Assembly: GCA_007131125.1 (NCBI GenBank)
Contig: SLRE01000107.1
Coordinates: 1 to 38,609, forward strand
Length of the DNA stretch: 38,609 nucleotides
Reading direction: 5' to 3'
Source of the DNA: Bacteroidales bacterium
GTDB taxonomy: Bacteria > Bacteroidota > Bacteroidia > Bacteroidales > UBA7960
Shown here piece after piece: positions 36,765-38,609 of the stretch (within the stretch, counting starts at the first letter, position 1; the number at the start of each line of letters is the position of its first letter). A program made the position numbers and the translations under genes. The notes under the pieces were generated by a model. That model was given only the letters and a program-made list of their open reading frames with translations. It ran no database searches and was not told the DNA's origin.

Positions 36765-36817
36765 TTTAATCAAGAGATGTTTAACACATTTTTAACACCC
36801 TTTAACTTTTTTTAAAC
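36765..36817. repeat. Five phased TTTAA(C/T) direct repeats upstream of the two-component operon
   Basis: TTTAAT starts at 36765; TTTAAC at 36780, 36791 and 36801; TTTAAAC at 36811. The spacings are 15, 11, 10 and 10 nt. Confidence 0.6.
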
Positions 36818-36927
36818 CAGCGGGAAAGCCTTTATTGCATACTTTTGTAATCAGGCAAACAAAGCTAAATACCAACAATTTTTCATTGGTTTTTTAGTGC
36901 ATTAGTTTTGTGGTTATAAATTGTGGG

Positions 36928-36957
36928 AAAAAGGGGTCCGAAAGGACCCCTTTTTTT
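36928..36957. terminator. Bidirectional rho-independent terminator (sod on the minus strand; also functional-looking on the plus strand)
   Basis: The structure is A5, then GGGGTCC-GAAA-GGACCCC (36933-36950), then T7. The sod stop codon (36959-36961) follows 1 nt after the T-run. On the minus strand the stem is followed by T5. Confidence 0.85.
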
Positions 36958-36958
36958 G

Positions 36959-37534
36959 TTATATCCTGGTGGCTACCTTATTCCAGTCAACCAGTTTCCA
37001 GAATGATTCAATGTAATCCGGCCGGCGGTTTTGATAATCCAGGTAGTAGGCGTGCTCCCATACATCGCAGGTAAGCAGTGGTTTTTTTCCTGAGCGCATG
37101 GGGTTGCCTGCATTGCTTTCTTTAACAATCTCCAGTTCGCCATTCTGATTAATAACCAGCCAGGCCCATCCGGAGCCAAACAAGGTAGCAGCCGCTTCAG
37201 AAAAAGCTTTTTTGAACTCTTCAAAAGAGCCGAATTTTTTTTCGATAGCTTTCAGCAGGTTTCCTTCAGGTTTTCCGCCTCCATTGGGCGAAAAACTCTC
37301 CCAGTAAAAGGTATGATTCCATACCTGTGCTCCGTTGTTAAAAATGCCGCCTTCGGCTTTTGTCACGATCTCTTCCAGGGTGGCATCTTCAAATTCTGTT
37401 CCGGGGATCAGACCATTAAGCTTATCCACGTAGGTTTTGTGGTGCTTTCCATAATGAAACTCCAGGGTTTTGGCAGAAATATGCGGCTCCAGAGCTTCTT
37501 TTCCATAGGGTAATTCGGGCAGTTGATGAGTCAT
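36959..37534 (-). CDS. sodB: Superoxide dismutase, Fe/Mn family (Fe-type-like)
   Basis: [51 protein letters not shown]. Confidence 0.95.
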   Translation of the reverse strand: MTHQLPELPYGKEALEPHISAKTLEFHYGKHHKTYVDKLNGLIPGTEFEDATLEEIVTKAEGGIFNNGAQVWNHTFYWESFSPNGGGKPEGNLLKAIEKKFGSFEEFKKAFSEAAATLFGSGWAWLVINQNGELEIVKESNAGNPMRSGKKPLLTCDVWEHAYYLDYQNRRPDYIESFWKLVDWNKVATRI

Positions 37535-37567
37535 GAGTTTTTAGGTTTTTAGGGTTTACATATTTAA

Positions 37568-37575
37568 CAAATTTA
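37568..37575 (-). promoter_or_regulatory. Candidate -7 promoter box for sod
   Basis: Plus-strand CAAATTTA is TAAATTTG on the minus strand, 34 nt upstream of the ATG at 37534. Confidence 0.45.
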
Positions 37576-37621
37576 GCTTAATTTGCTTTTTTTTTCAAGC
37601 CCTCGGCGCATTTTATTTTAT

Positions 37622-37629
37622 TATTTTTG
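37622..37629 (+). promoter_or_regulatory. Candidate -7 promoter box for the small lipoprotein gene
   Basis: TATTTTTG, 32 nt upstream of the ATG at 37661. Confidence 0.4.
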
Positions 37630-37660
37630 GACCAACTGAATAAGCTAAACTTTTAAAAAA

Positions 37661-37888
37661 ATGAATCGATTTGCTCATTATATAATCTCCTTTATCCTAT
37701 TCTTATTTCTGGCTCCCGCTTTGATCCTTTCCGGCTGCGGCCCTTCTTCCGAAGAGCGGGAGCGGCAGAGAGTCGAAGACTCCCTTCAGCTGGAGGCCGA
37801 CCGCAGGGAGTTGCTTGAACGTGCCAACAGGATGTTTGAAAGCTCTGATCCGGAGGATGATGAAGCACCTAATGATAATGAAGATTAA
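37661..37888 (+). CDS. Small acidic lipoprotein of unknown function
   Basis: The 75-aa product has the lipobox LILSGC. A charged helical segment follows, ending in ...DPEDDEAPNDNED. A promoter box sits at the expected distance. Confidence 0.5.
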   Translation: MNRFAHYIISFILFLFLAPALILSGCGPSSEERERQRVEDSLQLEADRRELLERANRMFESSDPEDDEAPNDNED

Positions 37889-38230
37889 TATTTAGTTTTT
37901 TCGAATTTAGAGGGTTTCCCAGCCGATTGCGGAGGCCTTTTTTTTGTACGCTGGCGTACAGCATTGTCCGCTTTTTAACACTTTCCCGAATATTTTCTTA
38001 CCTTGGATGTTTTTATAAAACTCTGATAAATAGCACCTTGTTTGTTGTTGTATGTTTTTTGCTGCTATTAACCACAACACTTTTGTTTTCGGAAGTACCT
38101 TTTTCTGTGAACAATAAAATTTCGGTATTCAATGACCAGGGAACTATCATGCCCTGAAATCTTCAGGAGCCAATCCGGTGGAAGCCCTGATATACGAGTA
38201 AGGTTATAATTAACCAAAAAACCAAAAAAA

Positions 38231-38609
38231 ATGGTATTACAATTACTCAAACATTCTCTTCGCAGCCTGCTGAGGCAAAAAGGATACACTTTGGTCAATG
38301 TAGCCGGGCTGGGACTAGGCATGGCGCTTTTTCTGCTGATCGCTGTATATGTTTACAAAGAATTTCAAACCGACAAGTTTCATGAAAACTATCATGAGAT
38401 TTACCGGCTTGAGACGAACACCGCAGTAACCCCTAGCCTCGGTTCTGAATTTCTTAGAACCGTTTTGCCTGAAGCCCGCGAAATCTGTCGCCTTAATCAT
38501 GGTTACCGCAATATTCTGGTTAATGTTGATGGCAACCGATCCCGGATTGGAGAGCTGCTTTATGCTGACAGCAGTTTTTTTAACATTTTCAGTTTCCGCC
38601 TGATTCATG
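38231..38609 (+). CDS. ABC transporter permease, FtsX/MacB-like; N-terminal part only
   Basis: Not in the ORF track. My own translation from the ATG at 38231 reads MVLQLLKHSLRSLLRQKGYTLVNVAGLGLGMALFLLIAVYVYKEFQTDKFHENYHEIYRL...LYADSSFFNIFSFRLIH. This is the canonical N-terminus of Bacteroidota FtsX-family permeases: a TM1 segment followed by the MacB periplasmic domain. It is open to the window end. Confidence 0.8.
   Translation, partial: MVLQLLKHSLRSLLRQKGYTLVNVAGLGLGMALFLLIAVYVYKEFQTDKFHENYHEIYRLETNTAVTPSLGSEFLRTVLPEAREICRLNHGYRNILVNVDGNRSRIGELLYADSSFFNIFSFRLIH

Noticed and set aside
37927-38157. A 76-aa hydrophobic ORF in the region upstream of the permease gene
   Set aside because: It is a T-rich, low-complexity translation (LLLLTTTLLF) with a non-ATG start, no promoter box and no recognisable family. 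It is more likely non-coding AT-rich DNA.
38315-38608. A 97-aa minus-strand ORF at the window end
   Set aside because: It is antisense to the clearly recognisable FtsX/MacB-type permease N-terminus starting at 38231.
1-38609. A whole-window search by eye for tRNA or rRNA genes, CRISPR arrays, inverted-repeat-bounded mobile elements, integrases, transposases, toxin-antitoxin pairs and known defence-system genes
   Set aside because: Every intergenic region longer than 100 nt was read and none has tRNA-like cloverleaf potential or regularly spaced repeats. All large ORFs have housekeeping or envelope-protein identities. A computational scan (tRNAscan, Infernal, repeat finder) would be needed to be definitive.

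Overview
This is a chromosomal segment from a member of the Bacteroidota. The evidence is a SusC/SusD pair, a T9SS C-terminal sorting domain, TAnnTTTG '-7' promoter boxes 30-70 nt upstream of many start codons, and A-rich leaders in place of Shine-Dalgarno sites. About 35 genes are tightly packed and all appear intact. I found no tRNA or rRNA gene, CRISPR array, transposase or integrase. Housekeeping content: class II fructose-bisphosphate aldolase, asnS-rpoN, recG, tonB, gcvH, a complete suf Fe-S assembly cluster (sufB-C-D-S ... sufE-DUF59), xseA/xseB, an OmpR-type two-component system and an Fe/Mn superoxide dismutase. Accessory content: a truncated secreted CAP-domain protein, a GT4 glycosyltransferase containing a T14 tract, a T9SS-secreted protein with a SprB repeat, a coiled-coil lipoprotein, a tocopherol-cyclase-family protein and an FtsX-type permease cut by the window edge. 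The most interesting stretch is 6317..14086 on the minus strand. It encodes a SusC/RagA transporter, a SusD/RagB lipoprotein, a PKD + choice-of-anchor-J surface lipoprotein, a lipoprotein-anchored S51 cyanophycinase and a YfcC-family inner-membrane transporter, with no carbohydrate-active enzyme. I interpret this as a PUL-style locus for scavenging the polyamide cyanophycin; that reading is an inference and is untested. Secondary leads are: a divergent-promoter region with phased TTTAAC repeats and a possible ~100-nt sRNA between the two-component operon and sod; an outer-membrane/inner-membrane protein pair embedded in the suf operon; and an orphan tocopherol cyclase homologue.
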